Below the pieces are notes generated by a model. That model saw only the letters and a program-made list of their open reading frames with translations. It had not been told where the DNA came from and made no database searches. From contig MU054391.1 of NCBI GenBank assembly GCA_013239625.1, positions 4,483,824 through 4,547,823 of the forward strand: DNA of 64,000 bases. The letters run 5' to 3'. Position 1 is the stretch's first letter. Every line of letters begins with the position of its first letter. Of the stretch, positions 24,735-38,769 are shown one piece after another. The translations under genes and the position numbers were made by a program. Origin of the DNA: Lama guanicoe (taxonomy: Eukaryota).

Positions 24735-26519
24735 CTGGTTTCAGTTCTGAAAGCAGGTGGGACCGCAGATTGTTAACTGTTGGTGGCCAGTAGCAAAAAC
24801 GGAAAAATGTGTCCATATACTCATAGGTATGTACCCATGTATGTACGTACATATATGAACACACGTACACATAATCCACACAGTCACGCAAATTTACAAA
24901 TAATCTATGTTAATCGCAGTGCGTGCCTTTTACTGTGAACATATTTGTGCAGGAGGGAAATACTGGGAGCCTGCTCCTGCTGTGGTCCCTGTGCCAGAGG
25001 AGAAAAGGGACATAAGTGAATAGATGAGAAGCAGACTTTAATTCTCACTGACTGTCACTGACTGGAATTCAATTAGAACATTTCAGAATTATTTGGGAAT
25101 TTCCATGTAAGGACCAGGGACTGGATTTATCAAAAAAAAAAATGCTGAGAACATATACTGGAAATTCCATGACGACGCTTGTGGATGACACGTCTCATTG
25201 AAACACTTGGTCCTACAAATCATTTCTGCAGGTTGTTTATTCTCACAAGACCCGCCAGGGGTGGAAGGGTCTGTTTGGGCAGTGAGATGTTCCTGGATGA
25301 CACCACTCAGGGGGACCATAGCTGCCTCAGGGGAGCCCCGATGCTCCGCAGAGCTCCAGGTCCTCCCAGGGACACTGGGTCAAGGGCAGAGGGTGCCGGG
25401 TGGGTGCCTAGACTGGAGAGAGGAGCGTGGGTGGGAATCCGCTGCCCTCTACCATCCCTGGAGCAGCTACACTTTTATTTATTTTATATAACTGGCTTTC
25501 CAATGGTTGGTCTTTTGAAAAAAGGAATTTCACATTTTAACTAACTGGGAGGAATTTCGGAATCCACTGGGCTAGGCGGTTTTGTAAGCCTGCAAGCTAA
25601 AAACACTCTTACTGGTTCCGTCTAAGTATTTCCCCTAGATATTCTGGCTTCCTCAAAGCATCACAATGAAAAGAACTGGGATTTTAAAAGCATCTTAATG
25701 TGCTTTGAGAGGGAAGGTCCTAACTGGAGTTGAATGCTGTCATTTGGGAGAGCTGCCCATGTAGGGATGAAATATTTTGAAACCTAATGACCTACGTCAA
25801 CACTTGGAGCGAGGATGCATCTGTCACTTTTTCAGGGTCTCCCTTCCCATCTGCACTTGCCAGAAATTTCTAGCATCATTTTGTTGTGACCACCAAGTTT
25901 CATCACTTTCTCCCTAGACTGCCCTACCTTTTTAATTGTCACATTGACAAACGGTGCATTTCCACAGTTACTTCATCGTCTGTGAGGTATACCTGAAGGT
26001 GTCTTCTCATTTAACCTCCCAACCCATCAAAGGAAGTATCAACCACGTTGATCACTCCTCCTCCAAAATTATCTCCTTAAGGATGAAAAAATCAAATCGA
26101 GAGAAAAGAGAGTTTGCTGGAACAGATATTAGACTTTTTTCCATTGCAAATTATCTTTACTAACCGGCTGTCTGGGAACTGCTCCAACCTGACGTGAGGT
26201 TTTCTTTGATAACGCCCTGTTTCTAAGCAACGTGACTGGGCGAGCCCACGTGCAGGAGTGGTCAGCTAACATCTGTGACTTCAACCAGCCCATCTCTTTT
26301 GTCGGGCATGCATCTATTTGTTTTGTTTAATATCCACTTTTTGGGCAGACTTTTTAAAGAGCGCAACTGAAAGTGATGCTCCCAGCATCTCACTCTCGAA
26401 GCCTGAAGGGTCCACGGTCCATGGATTTTGTTCACGATCAATGCTGCCCAACAACAGTAATGGAGATTTTTATTTTTATGGCATTTACTGGATACATGCT
26501 GTAGGTCAGGCTCTGGGAG

Positions 26520-26700
26520 GCTTATGTCATTCAATGTTCACAGAGGTTGTGAGCCTTGAGACAGCTTCGAGACAGACCTCGTCATTCCTACTTTAAAGAT
26601 GAGCTCAATGAAGCTTAGAGGAACTAATTTGACCAAATTCCCATAGCAAGTAGACCAAATCCAGACGCAAACTCAGACCTATATGATTCCAAACCATTGC
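26520..26700 (-). mobile_element. MIR fragment
   Basis: 'cattcctactttaaagatgagctcaatgaagcttagaggaactaatttgaccaaattcccatagc'. Confidence 0.6.
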
Positions 26701-27513
26701 TGGATTCACCTCCCTAGACCTTTGGAAGCTCACAATGGGGCTCAGTTTACACAGAGATGCACGCCGTGAAAGCAGTCACGAAGGTCCTATTAATTAACTG
26801 TCAATACTGCACGCATGTGCATTTGGACTTAGAGTTCTAAGAAAATTGTGTACAGTTCTCCCCTCCCTTTAAGTAAAGAGAAAACCCCTATAGTTTTTTC
26901 TGGTTGTCTTTTTCATTTTGTTTTTTTATATAACCATTTGTCTTCTTTATGGGTTGAGTTTGCAAATAAATCCTTCACTGCAAAAAATCCTTTTATCATT
27001 TTACATTCTCAGATCCTGAAGGCACCCGTGTTTTGACTCCACAGGGAGGCTGGAAGAGAACTTCCCAGCTGTATTACCCTCTCCCCAGACGTTCAGGAGA
27101 AGAATTCCTCTCTGAACAAGTTACAAGGTCTCCCAAATAGTCCAGCATCTTCCTTTTAAAAAATGTTTAAATTTTTTTTTATAGAATCCTCATATTTTAA
27201 AAGGCTCAATTCCTCCTTAAAAAGAACCTTCCAGGTACTCTATTTTTATTTCCAAATTTGCATTGTTGATTTCCTCATTTATTATGAAATTCCTGCTACA
27301 CATTGTCTCTGAAAATCACTATCTTCTATTTTCCCCTTCTTTACAAAATACCCCCTAATCCTGCAATCCTATAATAACGTTTTTCAGCTGGCAAAGCAAG
27401 ACCTGTTAGTTAGTCAGGAAATCAGTTTAGCAGATTGCAACCCACTTTTTCTCTTTTTTATAAGTAGCCTGTAATATAGAATGGAACAGAAACTAGGAGT
27501 GTGTCATCCACGG

Positions 27514-27720
27514 CATTAGTTCTCAACCAGGGGTGTTTTTCCCCAGTGGAATGCTGGCGATGTCTGGAGACACCTGTGGTTGTCAAGCTGTGAAGGGTTG
27601 GCGCTAATGGCATCTTGTTGGTGGAGGCCAGGGATGCTGCAAAACATCCCCCAGTGCACAGGACGCCCACATCAAGAGAATGGTCGAGCCCAAATGTCAA
27701 CAGCGCTGGGACTGACTCTG
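27514..27720 (+). mobile_element. MER20 (hAT-Charlie MITE)
   Basis: 'gttctcaaccaggggtg', 'ggcgatgtctggagaca', 'ggcatcttgttggtggaggccagggatgctgcaaaacatcc', 'gcccaaatgtcaacagcgc'. Confidence 0.85.
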
Positions 27721-29569
27721 ATCTATTGTGAGAGTAAGTACTGTCGTATGAAACTTGTGTTCTGGGATTGTTCTGGGATTGTGTGTCTACGTGTGAATGT
27801 GCACATATTGGGCTGCAGTGGAAAATTATAAATGGGTTCTAACTTGTGATAAACTGAAAACTTTGACAAATGCTGTTTTAAGACATGGATGGATACCCAT
27901 CTCTCTTGCTCGAACAAAGGCTCCAGAGCAGGGCTCACCTGGGGACGGCCAGGGGTGGGAGTAAGAGCGAAGCCTTCTCGTTGAACCATCCAGGTTTGCA
28001 TCCCCAGGTGAGGCCGGGCAGGCCACCTGCCTCCTCGGGCCTGCCACTCTTCATCACTGGGGTACCGCCACACCTCATCACTGGCTGTCGGTAAGGATGG
28101 AAGGAGGCAACGCTGGCACCTGCCTGGGGCTCACAGACAGAAACTGCTCGCGAAACGCTGGCTACTCTGCTCTCTAATGCTGCCCATTGGCCACTTCCTT
28201 CTCTGTAAGTTCAGCCAGGTGACTTCAACTGTCTGTGGCTTATCAGTTTATTCATAAATAAGTTAGCAAGGAGAATGCCTAACCTCAGGCGGGTTTAGGG
28301 CGAGTTATGTGAAGTAAGTCATGTGACAAAGCAACGCGTGCAGACACGCCCCGCTCAGTAGATGCCAATCCTCACCCCTTCTCTGAGTAATAAGCACCTG
28401 ACAAAGCGCGGACACCTGGTAGGTGTTCTGGAAGTAAATAACCTTGTCTGAAACTTCTAAATTGCTGACCTATGATTCCTACCACAACGTGTAGGCCACC
28501 ATTACCAGCGGGGGGTGAAAAGGCACCGAAAGGAGAGGACGCGTGACCCAGGGCCCTCCTCTCCTGTGTGGCCGACAGCCTGGTACGCACCCGGGACACT
28601 GAATTCCGGGTCCTAAGGTGCTTCTCCACGTTCATCCTGTTTACCTTCACCGTAAACCACTATGGAAGGCAGGGTGGGAGTGACCGCTCTCTTTTGACAG
28701 AGGCAGAAACTCCGACAGGTCAAGCAGGAAAGAATAAAGGAAAAGACCGCATGGGCTCTGGTCCAGGCGTGGCACTGCCCTCACTTTGCACGGGCGGTGG
28801 TCATCCCCAGCCCCCTCCACGATGGCCCCAAGGTCCCTTTGACTTTTTAAATGATTATGACTGAAGACGTTCTGAGACTTTCTCCGAGTGAAATGGCTAG
28901 CGAGCAGCGAGCCAGACCTGGGACGTTGGTGGCTGAAGCCAGGCTCTTCCTGGACACCCATGCATGCCCCACTCAACTACAGGGCTCTTGCAAAATGCTT
29001 CAGTAGAACTCACTCACATTTTCCCCCTTAAAAAAGATGAAATTTTTTGTGCAAGGTGGTGCTTTGGAAAGAGGGAAGCAACAGTGTCAACAAACACTCA
29101 CCAAGTGGTTCTTCACTGAAAGACGGAGGCTTTTGGCCACGGCCGGCACTTGACCGGTGTGCTTCGTACGGATCACATCAGAATTGGATCCACAAGCTCT
29201 TATCTGTGTCATTTGACAAAAGCACATTCTTAACTTTTGAGAGAGCAGCTTGATTTCATGATTACAAACCTGATAAGGTTTAAAACAGCTGAATTTTGAA
29301 AGTTCTCCTTCTGTCATCCAGGTTGTCTTGGCAGCTCGGGGCCTGTGGTTTCAACAAAGCCTTGGTCCTCTTCTCGAAGAGCATGTTGTGAAGTTGCATG
29401 ACTCCTGACACTTTCATAGGAGTAACTGACCCAGGCCCACTCTGGAGACACTCTCCCACCTCAAAGTAGCTGATCTGGGGGTCCCAGCCTATCCGTGAAT
29501 CAGCAGGAAGCACATATAATTAACTTGTCTTCAACAGTGCTGGTCATCCTTCAATCGTTTAAAATCTTT

Positions 29570-30210
29570 GAAACGCTCCCAACATGCACAGCATAAGGAC
29601 AAACCCCGTGCTGGGGCTCGGTCCCCTGCCCGGCTCACAGTTCTTCTGCCACCATGGTCCTGGCCGTCTTACCCTCTGTGCCCAACACGCCCTGCTCTTT
29701 CATATCCTGCTCCGAACACGAGATTCCCTCTGTCGGGAGTGCCCTTCCCACCTCTCCATCTTGGGAACACCTTGGTGCCCCTTCAACAGGCTACATATTT
29801 CCTCCTCCAATGAGCAAAGTGAACCTTGTGGCTCTGGTGAGCTGAAAGCAACCTTTGTTATCCCTTTTATAAATGCCACCCCGCACTGTGGCTTTAATGC
29901 ATGTGCCTGTCTTCTTCACCAAGCTGTGACCTCCCAAAGCAGGTGGACCGCGTTTGTTGTGTTCAACACTCTGGTCCCAGCACTTAGCGATAGTTACTCA
30001 GCTCAATGTTATCTCCTCTGTTAGATCATGCGCTCCGTCAAGGCCAGGGTCAGATCTGTCGTGTTTTCTTGCATGGCCGGTCAGCGGTGCCTAATTAGTA
30101 TTATCAGCTCTGTGACTAGCATGAGTTTCTAGAGGATGAAAGCCTTTCTCAGTGATAAGCATGTCCACCAGCACTGAGCACGGTGCCTAACACAGAATGC
30201 GTGTCTGTAA
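29570..30210 (+). mobile_element. L2 3' fragments
   Basis: 'ctgttagatcatgcgctccgtcaaggccagggtc', 'ccagcactgagcacggtgcctaacacagaatgcg'. Confidence 0.55.
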
Positions 30211-30741
30211 ATGTCTGGAGCGGCGGAGTGAAGGAAGATTGAGCCCTGTTACCATCCCAGCTCAGTCCTGGCCAGACTCTGTCTACCTTGGCCAGATATG
30301 TCAAGCACTCCTCACTAAACAATGAACCCAGGCTTGCTGGCCGCCCTGGAGCCCACAGACAGTTCGACTTGGCTTGACTTATGCTCTGGGGTGCTAAGAA
30401 TTTCTTCCATACGAACATCATGTCCCAGGGTGAACTTCAGGGACTGATTGAATGGGCAGGAGACGGGCGGCCTGGCCTTCTAGAACGTGTTCAAGGCACT
30501 TTCTGGGGACAATGGAATCTTCCCATCTTAATTTCGCCACCATCGTGCAAAGCTAAAGCACGGTTCCACAGGGATGAAAATCGGTGGGGCGCATTTCACT
30601 TTGTCAGCTGTGCGCCCTTGCATCAAACCTGCCAGAACTGGCATCTTTAAAAGCTGAGTCTCTATGTGCTATGGTGTTGGCCTGTTCTTTTCTCTTTTAG
30701 ATTTTAACTGGTGGAGATGCCTTTGTATTACAATTCTTACA

Positions 30742-30945
30742 TCAGCATTTCTCAAAACATGGTCTTGGGACGTGTGCCCTCAAGGTGATCTGGAGAGAGG
30801 GAACACTTAGGTCAAATAAATTTGGGAATTTAAAGTCTCTGCAGAGCCCTGCAGCCAGTTCTCTGTCTAACTTTGCTTCACCCAGCATTTTCCCAACTCA
30901 CTGTTTTAATACCTGTATCTGGAGAAGGCACTTGAGGAAGCAATG
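30742..30945. mobile_element. hAT-Charlie-type MER fragment (family uncertain)
   Basis: 'cagcatttctcaaaacatggtc', 'ggtcaaataaatttgggaa', 'cccagcattttcccaact'. Confidence 0.45.
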
Positions 30946-30953
30946 CTTCAGAA

Positions 30954-31168
30954 TAGAGGTCAGCAAACTCTTTCCATGGAGGGGCAGCTAGCAATATTCC
31001 AGGCTTCATGGTCCACGTAGGGCCTCTGTCTCATAGTCTTCCTTTGTTTTGTTTTGTTTTGTTTTTTTTACAACCCTTTAAAAATGTGAAAACCATTCTT
31101 AGCTCATGGTTTGTACAAAAATAGGCAAGGGCTGGATTTGGCTACAGGCGGCATTTTGCCGATTCCTG
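30954..31168 (+). mobile_element. MER58-family hAT MITE
   Basis: Ends 'tagaggtcagcaaact'...'ttttgccgattcctg'; internal 'acaaccctttaaaaatgtgaaaaccattcttagctc'. Degenerate 8-bp TSD cttcagaa / ctctagaa fits the Charlie NTCTAGAN preference. Confidence 0.85.
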
Positions 31169-34100
31169 CTCTAGAATGTTTTTCTCCCTGACAACCAGTT
31201 TCCAGGGTGAACTTGGGCTCCAGTAAGCTTCTAGGAGCACCAAGTTTGAAATACCCTTGGTGGTCTTTCTCATTCCCCCTTTTGGAAATCTATGGAAATT
31301 GCTGGCTCTCATAAAGGCGTTTCCTTGGCACTCTCAGGGCAAAACCTAAGTAACAGTAAGTATTATTATAAGACTTCAAATAGCATTTTGATCCCTCCCT
31401 GAGTGTCCAGCACCTGCAAAGGGGCTCTGCCTGTGTTGGCACAACCACCTCGTGGGCAGAGGCTGACACAGGTGGTGTGCAGACCCAGATGTCCAGTCAC
31501 ACACCCTGCCTGGCTGCACAGTCCAGTGCAAGGCTAACTAGCCATGCATGGACCGTGACCCGTTCTACTCAGTTTTGCAGAAACCCTGGCACACAGGGCA
31601 GTGAGCCGCACGCCGAGGCCACCTGCTCAAAGTGCCACCCTGGCTGCTGAGCAGCTGTTCCCACCAGCCCTGGCTGTGGGATTTCCCCAGAGAGCCCTGT
31701 TTGATGAAGGGCTCTGGAATCAAAAAAATCTTATTTCCATCAAAACACTGTAAGTGTGATCTGGGATATGTAAATACATCTCTTTAAACCTCAATCTTTT
31801 GACCCAAAATGTGGTGTCATCATTGCTGAGAGGGGCCAAGAGGTCAGGCAGGAAAAGGTGTGTGTTGCCTGGACACAGAGGGGCATGAGAGGGCCTTCTC
31901 CCTCCCCATCAACAGCCCCCTCGGGATCTCCTCTTTGCTGCCAAAGACCCGGAGCCGAAAGAGACACGGCCCTTGGTCTGCCCCATCTTCCAAGACAGCT
32001 GCACTTAAAAAGGACATTTAAAAAAAAATGTATGTGCAAGGCTGGGGGAGCACAGGGGTGACAGTGATTAATTCTAGCCAAGGTGCTGGGCAAGACTTCA
32101 CAGAGAGCTTTGAGCTAGAACCCTGGGGGAATAAAGGAACAGTTGACCAGCTGCAGAACAGAGGAAAACCAGTCCTGGGCAGAGATAGCAGCAGGAGCAG
32201 CGGTGTCGATGGCTGAGAGAGACAGGTGACAGTGGCCACGGAAGCCTGGAACTCAAGAGTGGGTAATGAAGGGGCAGGAACGGGGGCCATGCATGTGCTC
32301 GGGAGGTACATTCCTGGTCGGGCTCCGGTGCAATTTTTGTCTAAAAAAATAATAGAGGTTTTTTTCCCATGTTTCTTCCTAAGAAGACACAACTGATGCT
32401 TGACCTGAGAAGCCACTGAGACCAGGAGCCTTCTCCACACCCTCTTCTCCGTATCCACAAGCTCATTCCTCAGTCTGCCACTGGAACCAACGAAGCCATG
32501 AACGATGCCATCCACCAAAAGAGGTGTCGCCAATGGTGTCCAAGTTCCGTCTCCCCTTTAGAGCGTAACCCCCTGCGACAGGTCCTGACTTTCTCATCTC
32601 TGTGTCCCACGATGTGTAGAACCCTTGCCTTGCACACCTGCCGTGCATGCTCAGCCTCCAAAATTGTTTGTCGAAAGTAAATCTAATTACAGATGAAACT
32701 CTAGTAACAGCATTTTGGATTTTCTCATCAAAGACACCTTGGATAGAGCCTACTACTGAATTCTGTGTTTCTGAGCTGTAATAAGGATATTTGCCTAGTC
32801 CTCCTCTCGACTCTTCCATTAAAAACTTATTTTATTTAAAGCTCAAGGCAACCCTGTTTTCCTCCTTGCACAGGTGAAAAAAAAAATCGTCTTTAGATTG
32901 ATGAATATGCCTAAAGCCACACCGCTGGTTCAGGGAAGAATGAATGAGACCACAGCACCTTTCAGGGGACTGACGCTTACACGCAGAACACAATAAACAT
33001 GTGTAACCAAGACTGAAATTCAAACAACAAAGCAAATACGAATTCGGACCTTTTCGCCCTGTGATCCCACCCATAGGCTGACATATCCATCTCCCCTTCA
33101 GATGCACACACACACAGGGTTCAGAATACACCCTTTTGTTGTGATGATGCAGAAGGCGAAGAAAGATGATCTCGCAGTGCCCATTTTCCGGCAGGAGCAC
33201 AGAGGGATGGACCCCTTCGTGCTCATAGTGCCTGATGCAGCTCATTCCTGCTCCTCCAGCACCAGGGAGAGAACGGGCTCCCTCTGGACCCAATCCTCCC
33301 GTCTCCGTCCCTGACCTGCACCGAGTCTGCCATTCCTAATAAGGTCCCTGGAATTGTTGCATCAAACATTTTCCAATTACAAAGAACCCTACAGACCTGG
33401 GACATCCCAAGGGTCACTTGGTCCTGACCACTCTTTCGTGTCTTAAATTGCTCTGGGTGGTGGGGTGGGGGTTAGTGATTCTTGGTTTTGCCCAATAATC
33501 TGAGAATCTTTGTGCAAACCCTTCAGGAGCCCTCCCCGGGCGAGCCCAGTCTGAACTGAGGGAAGAAAGGCCGCAGGCTCTCCCTCCAAGAGGAGGGTAC
33601 AGCTCGGATGAGGGGACACGGGGCCCAGGTTATTAATAGCACTGCTCCGAGGTCCCTTACATCATAATAAATGCCCCTGTCATGTGTTTACCCGCACCAG
33701 ACAACAACCAACGGTCAGATAAATGAGGTTGGCGCCGGCAAGATTTATGATACCCTTCTGTGCTTAGCACTGTTTAATCAGGAAGTTAACATATTACGGT
33801 GTAAAGTCCTTTACAAGCATGTACAAACAGAGAACACCATTAATGCCTCACCAGGCCGGGGGTCAGAAAGCCCAGGTTTTCAGGAGACACAGCCCTGAAC
33901 GGACACAGGGAGCCTCTCGTGGGCCGGCCGGCCAACAGCGTTCACAAACACGATCAGGGTTCATTTTGTTTTTTCCTTTGTATTTCTTTTTCCTTACTGA
34001 CTGTTTTGCCCTGTTCATTTATTTATTTTTTCCTTTCTAAGATTCTTGTTTTTAAAAAAGCAAAGTGACACATGACATTGATTCTTGGAGCCCCTCACCA

Positions 34101-34339
34101 CTCCCACCCTGGGGGAGCCAGGCATCAGGGAAGGTAAATTAGGGTCGGGGTGGGGGTGATGGAGGCCGGTCCCGGCTCCAGAGTGTTTGGACAAGGCCAG
34201 GAGCCTGTGGGGGGATCAGCATGAGGCATCGCACCTGGAGGAGGAGACCCGCGGCTCCAGCCCCGGTGCCAGAAGCCTGGCTCCACGAAGTCTAGCCAAC
34301 ATCTGGAATGGATATCGAGACGCAGGCGGCCCTCGCTGG

Positions 34340-34495
34340 NNNNNNNNNNNNNNNNNNNNNNNNNNNNNNNNNNNNNNNNNNNNNNNNNNNNNNNNNNNNN
34401 NNNNNNNNNNNNNNNNNNNNNNNNNNNNNNNNNNNNNNNNNNNNNNNNNNNNNNNNNNNNNNNNNNNNNNNNNNNNNNNNNNNNNNNNNNNNNNN
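34340..34495. other. Assembly gap (N run)
   Basis: 156 N with GC-rich flanks. Confidence 1.
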
Positions 34496-35401
34496 GGGCA
34501 GAATGGAAGGGAGGCCTGCGTGTGCATGTGTGTGCGCTCAAAGGCTCCTTATTTGGTGCAGAGACGATCTTTCTCAGGCTTCATTTAAAAAGGAGACATT
34601 GAAACACGCTATCTCTGAAGGTATCGCTGTTTTAAGATGTTCTGATACTTTGCACGTCTCGCGTACTGGAAAATTTGCATTGAATCCGTTTAAAGGAAAC
34701 GAGGGTCTATTTCTCAAACCCTTCCTCTCATTGCTTGGGTGGAGGATGTTCTGGGGGGAAAGAAGCACATATTTTTGTTGTTAAGTCTTTAGAGAAAAGA
34801 GAAATGTGGAGGCGTGAGATGGTGGGGTGAAATATTCAGGGAAAAAAAATACAGCATCAGATAGAAATACATCATGCAGATCCAAGATAATTTGGGTTTG
34901 TCTACATTTAGGTAAGTATGTGGATCCAGATGTGAATGTTGATTATTCATGAACAAAGCTGGAACCACCATCGGCCAAGTTTAGTGCAGATTTGGACAGT
35001 TCAGTTACCAGCCAGGACCAAAACCAGCCTTTTTCTTTTTTTTTTTTTTCCCACTGTAGGAGGGTGGAGGGAAGACCCAGGACAGTGGGATTCTCTCGTC
35101 TTCCCTTTACCCCCAGACCACTTAGTAGACAAGGGAAACAGAGTCATGAATGACAAGGCGACTGCCCTGGTAACTCACCGTTCATTGAAACAAACACTCC
35201 AAAACGGGCCCCTGGAGGTAATGGGCAACACTAAGGGGTTTCCACGTCGCAATGAACTGAACATTTTTCTCAGTTTATCACCTTGAAGAGGACCGTCCAT
35301 GCCAGATAATGTCTGAGAAAAGGAGGCTGTCCAGTTCATCTGCCAGTTATTCCCCAATCCGTATTTCTCCTGGGGATGTTCCCTGTGTCCAAACTCAAAT
35401 G

Positions 35402-35542
35402 GTGGGGGAGGGGACAGCTCAGAGGTAGAGCACATGCTTAGCATGCGTGAGGTCCTGGGTTCCATCCCCAGTGCCTCCATGATAAATGAATAAATAAAAT
35501 AAAGATAAATAAACCTAATTACCCCTCCCCCCCAAAAAAAGA
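35402..35542 (+). mobile_element. Vic-1-like camelid SINE
   Basis: 'gggggaggggacagctcagaggtagagcacatgcttagcatgcgtgaggtcctgggttccatcccc...aaacctaattacccctccccccc'. TSD caaactcaaatg (35390-35401) / caaactcagatg (35543-35554). Confidence 0.93.
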
Positions 35543-35639
35543 CAAACTCAGATGAGCATCAGGAAATTCCCCAGATTGCCCCCGGACCAAAAGGCACCAG
35601 CAATGTGTGTGACTTCTTGGCAGAAATGACAGCTGACTT

Positions 35640-35880
35640 CTGATGGCAGCCAGCAGGGAGAGGTGGAGAGAGACAGACATGAGGTCAAAGCCGGGCTCTC
35701 CCACTGAACCGCCCCGTAACCTTGGACCAGTTACTGAGGCTTTTTAGTTCCCGATGACCTCATCTGGCACATGAACCTAACAACAAGTATTTCACAGGGC
35801 GGTTAGAGGAATTCTGGGTGAACATTTGTGAAATGCCCAGCGTGCACTTTCAGTAGGACGTAATAAATGATAAATATTTG
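35640..35880 (+). mobile_element. MIR
   Basis: 'gtaaccttggaccagttactgaggc...ctcatctg...tatttcacagggcggttagaggaatt...cagtaggacgtaataaatg'. Confidence 0.6.
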
Positions 35881-38769
35881 TACCGACCGCCATCACTTGG
35901 TCACGTATACAACGTGCGTGCTGCCTCCCAGGCCCTGCGACCCACCGCCCACATCCTAAGCCGTCCCTGAGAGCTTCCCCCTGGCGTCTCAGCCTTCAAA
36001 TCCTTTTCATCGAGGTTTTCCATGCACCCACCACCAACTGATGAGACGTATCACGTCAAGTTAAATCTGTTTATTACCTTGGCCTCACCTGGGTCGGACC
36101 CTCACGTTGGGATGGAGATGGAAGTTAGCAATATTGAATGCCTACCACGTACGTCACACTCTGACAAGCGTTTTCTACTTGACTGGGCTGCACTTCTCCC
36201 CCACCGGCCACCTGCGAGGAGCTGGGTTCCCGAGCTCCTCCTGTCACTGTCCTTTCTCTGCATTTCTTTTATTTTACTTCTTCATGCCAGAGCCTGACAT
36301 GTGCCAAAAACCTGCTTGCGGACTGAAGATGACAGAAGTGAGGACGGGAATTTGCGCTGTCTGTGTTGGTCTTCAGCACTGAAGACACGGAGCCATGCCT
36401 TTGCACAAAGTCCTTACGCTGAGGAGCTCCTATGGTCAGACCTCAGATAATGTTTTACTAAAATAACGTGCGCTCCTTCTGAAGGTACCCAGCTACATTT
36501 CTGAGACAGTGTAGAATTCTCCTTCCACTCTTCTCATTACAAAGCCAAAGAAAAACCCAGCGTCACAAAACAGGATCAAACACGAAACACGTCCACGTCT
36601 CAGTAAGACACAAGCCAAGAGCATCGAGAAGCCCCTGGTCGTACGGGGTCATCGAAAGCCCTGCGTCTCTTGGAGGCCCAGCCCCTAGCCGGTCCTCCGC
36701 AGGCTCAGAGGCGACCGCGGGCAGGACAGACACCTGGGGCAGAGGAAAGCCCACAGGACCCTCTCCGTCCTGTCCACGGAGATTGAATAGAAAATCCAGC
36801 AGCGCAGTCTGTGTCCCTGTCCTTGGGTTTTGTTTCATGTGAACAGAAGGCGACTGAATGGTAAGAAAGGAAAATTTCTATGTCCCCGGAGCCATCAATG
36901 GAACCAGACCACGTGTATACCTCCCAACTGCACACCAGGCCTCAGTTTCCTCCTCCGTAAGATGGGGTGTTACCAGCATGAAATCTCAGGGGTTTGCAGT
37001 GAGGACTGAAGGAGGTAAGGCGTGCGAGGCAGTTAGGGATCATTCAGACCCTGTGAGCCCCGTTACCATCCCAGGGGCCTCGCGTGGGAACGTGGATCCA
37101 CAAGCTTGTGGTCCCCGGAGGACCCCATGCACCCACGACGGGCCATGACCCAAACGCTCACCCACTGCTCCCTCAGAAGCAAACACAGGTCAAAATCCAA
37201 GCCCTGCTCACAACCGTGATGATTCTCAGTGATTCGCTACATTGATTTCAAAGCTACCTTTGTTTTTTTGGGAAACAAAACTTACTAACGTTGGAGAAAT
37301 AAATAAAAATAATAACACTTGAGACTCTGACATTTGAAAAGAACTAGGTCTCTGTATTTACAAGAAGCATGTACCTGTCTGTATAGTAAAATAAAAGTAT
37401 CTCAAATGTGTGTCTATTTATATGCACACACACAGAAGGTTTTCACATGTTCAGTCGGGGTCCTACCATGTTTTATGTTGCCTTTTGAGTCGGGGTAAGG
37501 GTTACAATCACATCAAACTTTACAACCGAAAAAAATCTTTTCCCCTCGAGGTTAAGCAAACACATTACTATTTGGCCATGAACTTTGGTTGTTTCTCACT
37601 GACAAAATTTCCAGCTTTGCTCAACTTCCAAAAGAACGTTGTGAAGCATCTGGACTCTTACCTAAGCCATGTTTGTCCAAAGAGGTCAGCCTGAAGCCTA
37701 AAAGACTTCTGGATCCAGAAAATCGCAGTCATGTCTTCAGTCACTCCGAGAGGGTCATGGAAAATTACAGCGCAGATGTTAATACTGGATCTTTCTTCCC
37801 AAAGCCCACGAGGCTGCAGAACAAAACCAGAAGGAGCAGGCGAAGCACTGAAAGGTTCATACGGTCCATGAGAAAGGAAGGCAGTCCTGCGGCAGCAGGG
37901 AGAGCCAGGGCATCCGGGGGCCGGGCTGAAGCCGCATCGGGACAGAACACACAGGGTCACTAGTGAAGCGTGTAAGAGTGGCCGAGAGCATGAGCCCTGG
38001 CTCTGCCGCTTATGCTGTGTGACAGTGAGCAAGTCACTTGACTACTCTCTGCCTCTTCCTCACTCGCCTCAAGAAAGGTGCACAGGGTCCTCTCCCCACC
38101 GACCGAGACTGTCATCAGCCCGTGGTCCCCCTCTCCTGGTCTTAGGGCAGAATCCGTGGAGACTGCTTCCAGAAAGCATCTGGCTCCTGGGTTAGAAATT
38201 AATCCCCCGGTCCTGACACTCACTCCCGGCATCCTAGTCCTCCCTGTCAGAGGAGGAGCCTGGGTCAGGGCTGGGCACTGGGTTTAAACATCACTTCTAG
38301 TTAACCAACACCCGCTTTGACTTTATTTTTGTCTGTTTTTTTCCATGTGTGTATTTCCTAATTTATTTACCTCAGTTTCCTCTTTTCTTTTTTTTTATTA
38401 AACAGCAAAGCTTTTTATTTCTTTGTCATTTTAAAAACTGAAAAAAAATACTGAAGAACTTTGAAGGGAATTTTGTACTTTCTTCTTGTGTAAATATTGG
38501 ATTTTTTTTTAGCTTTCTTGTGGTTGTTAAAATGAAGTAAAAAGTAGGAAAGGATAAAGCGGGGAAAAAAGTGGAGTACAAAGAAAGACAGTAACTTTAT
38601 TTTATAGTGTCATTTCCAGGATTGAATGGGTTCATGTATATCAAATGTTCAGTGCAGAGCCTGACGCAAGTGTATTTAATACGTTTTTCCAAGTAAAATA
38701 AAATAAAAGGACTGAAAAGAATTGTTGCCAACACTGAGCAGGCTGAGATGCAACAGCTACCAGTGGTGT

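Noticed and set aside
32018-33314. ORFs of 118-171 aa with protein-like stretches
   Set aside because: No recognisable homology, partial overlap with an L2-like tail (about 32580-32680), and no consistent splice structure seen.
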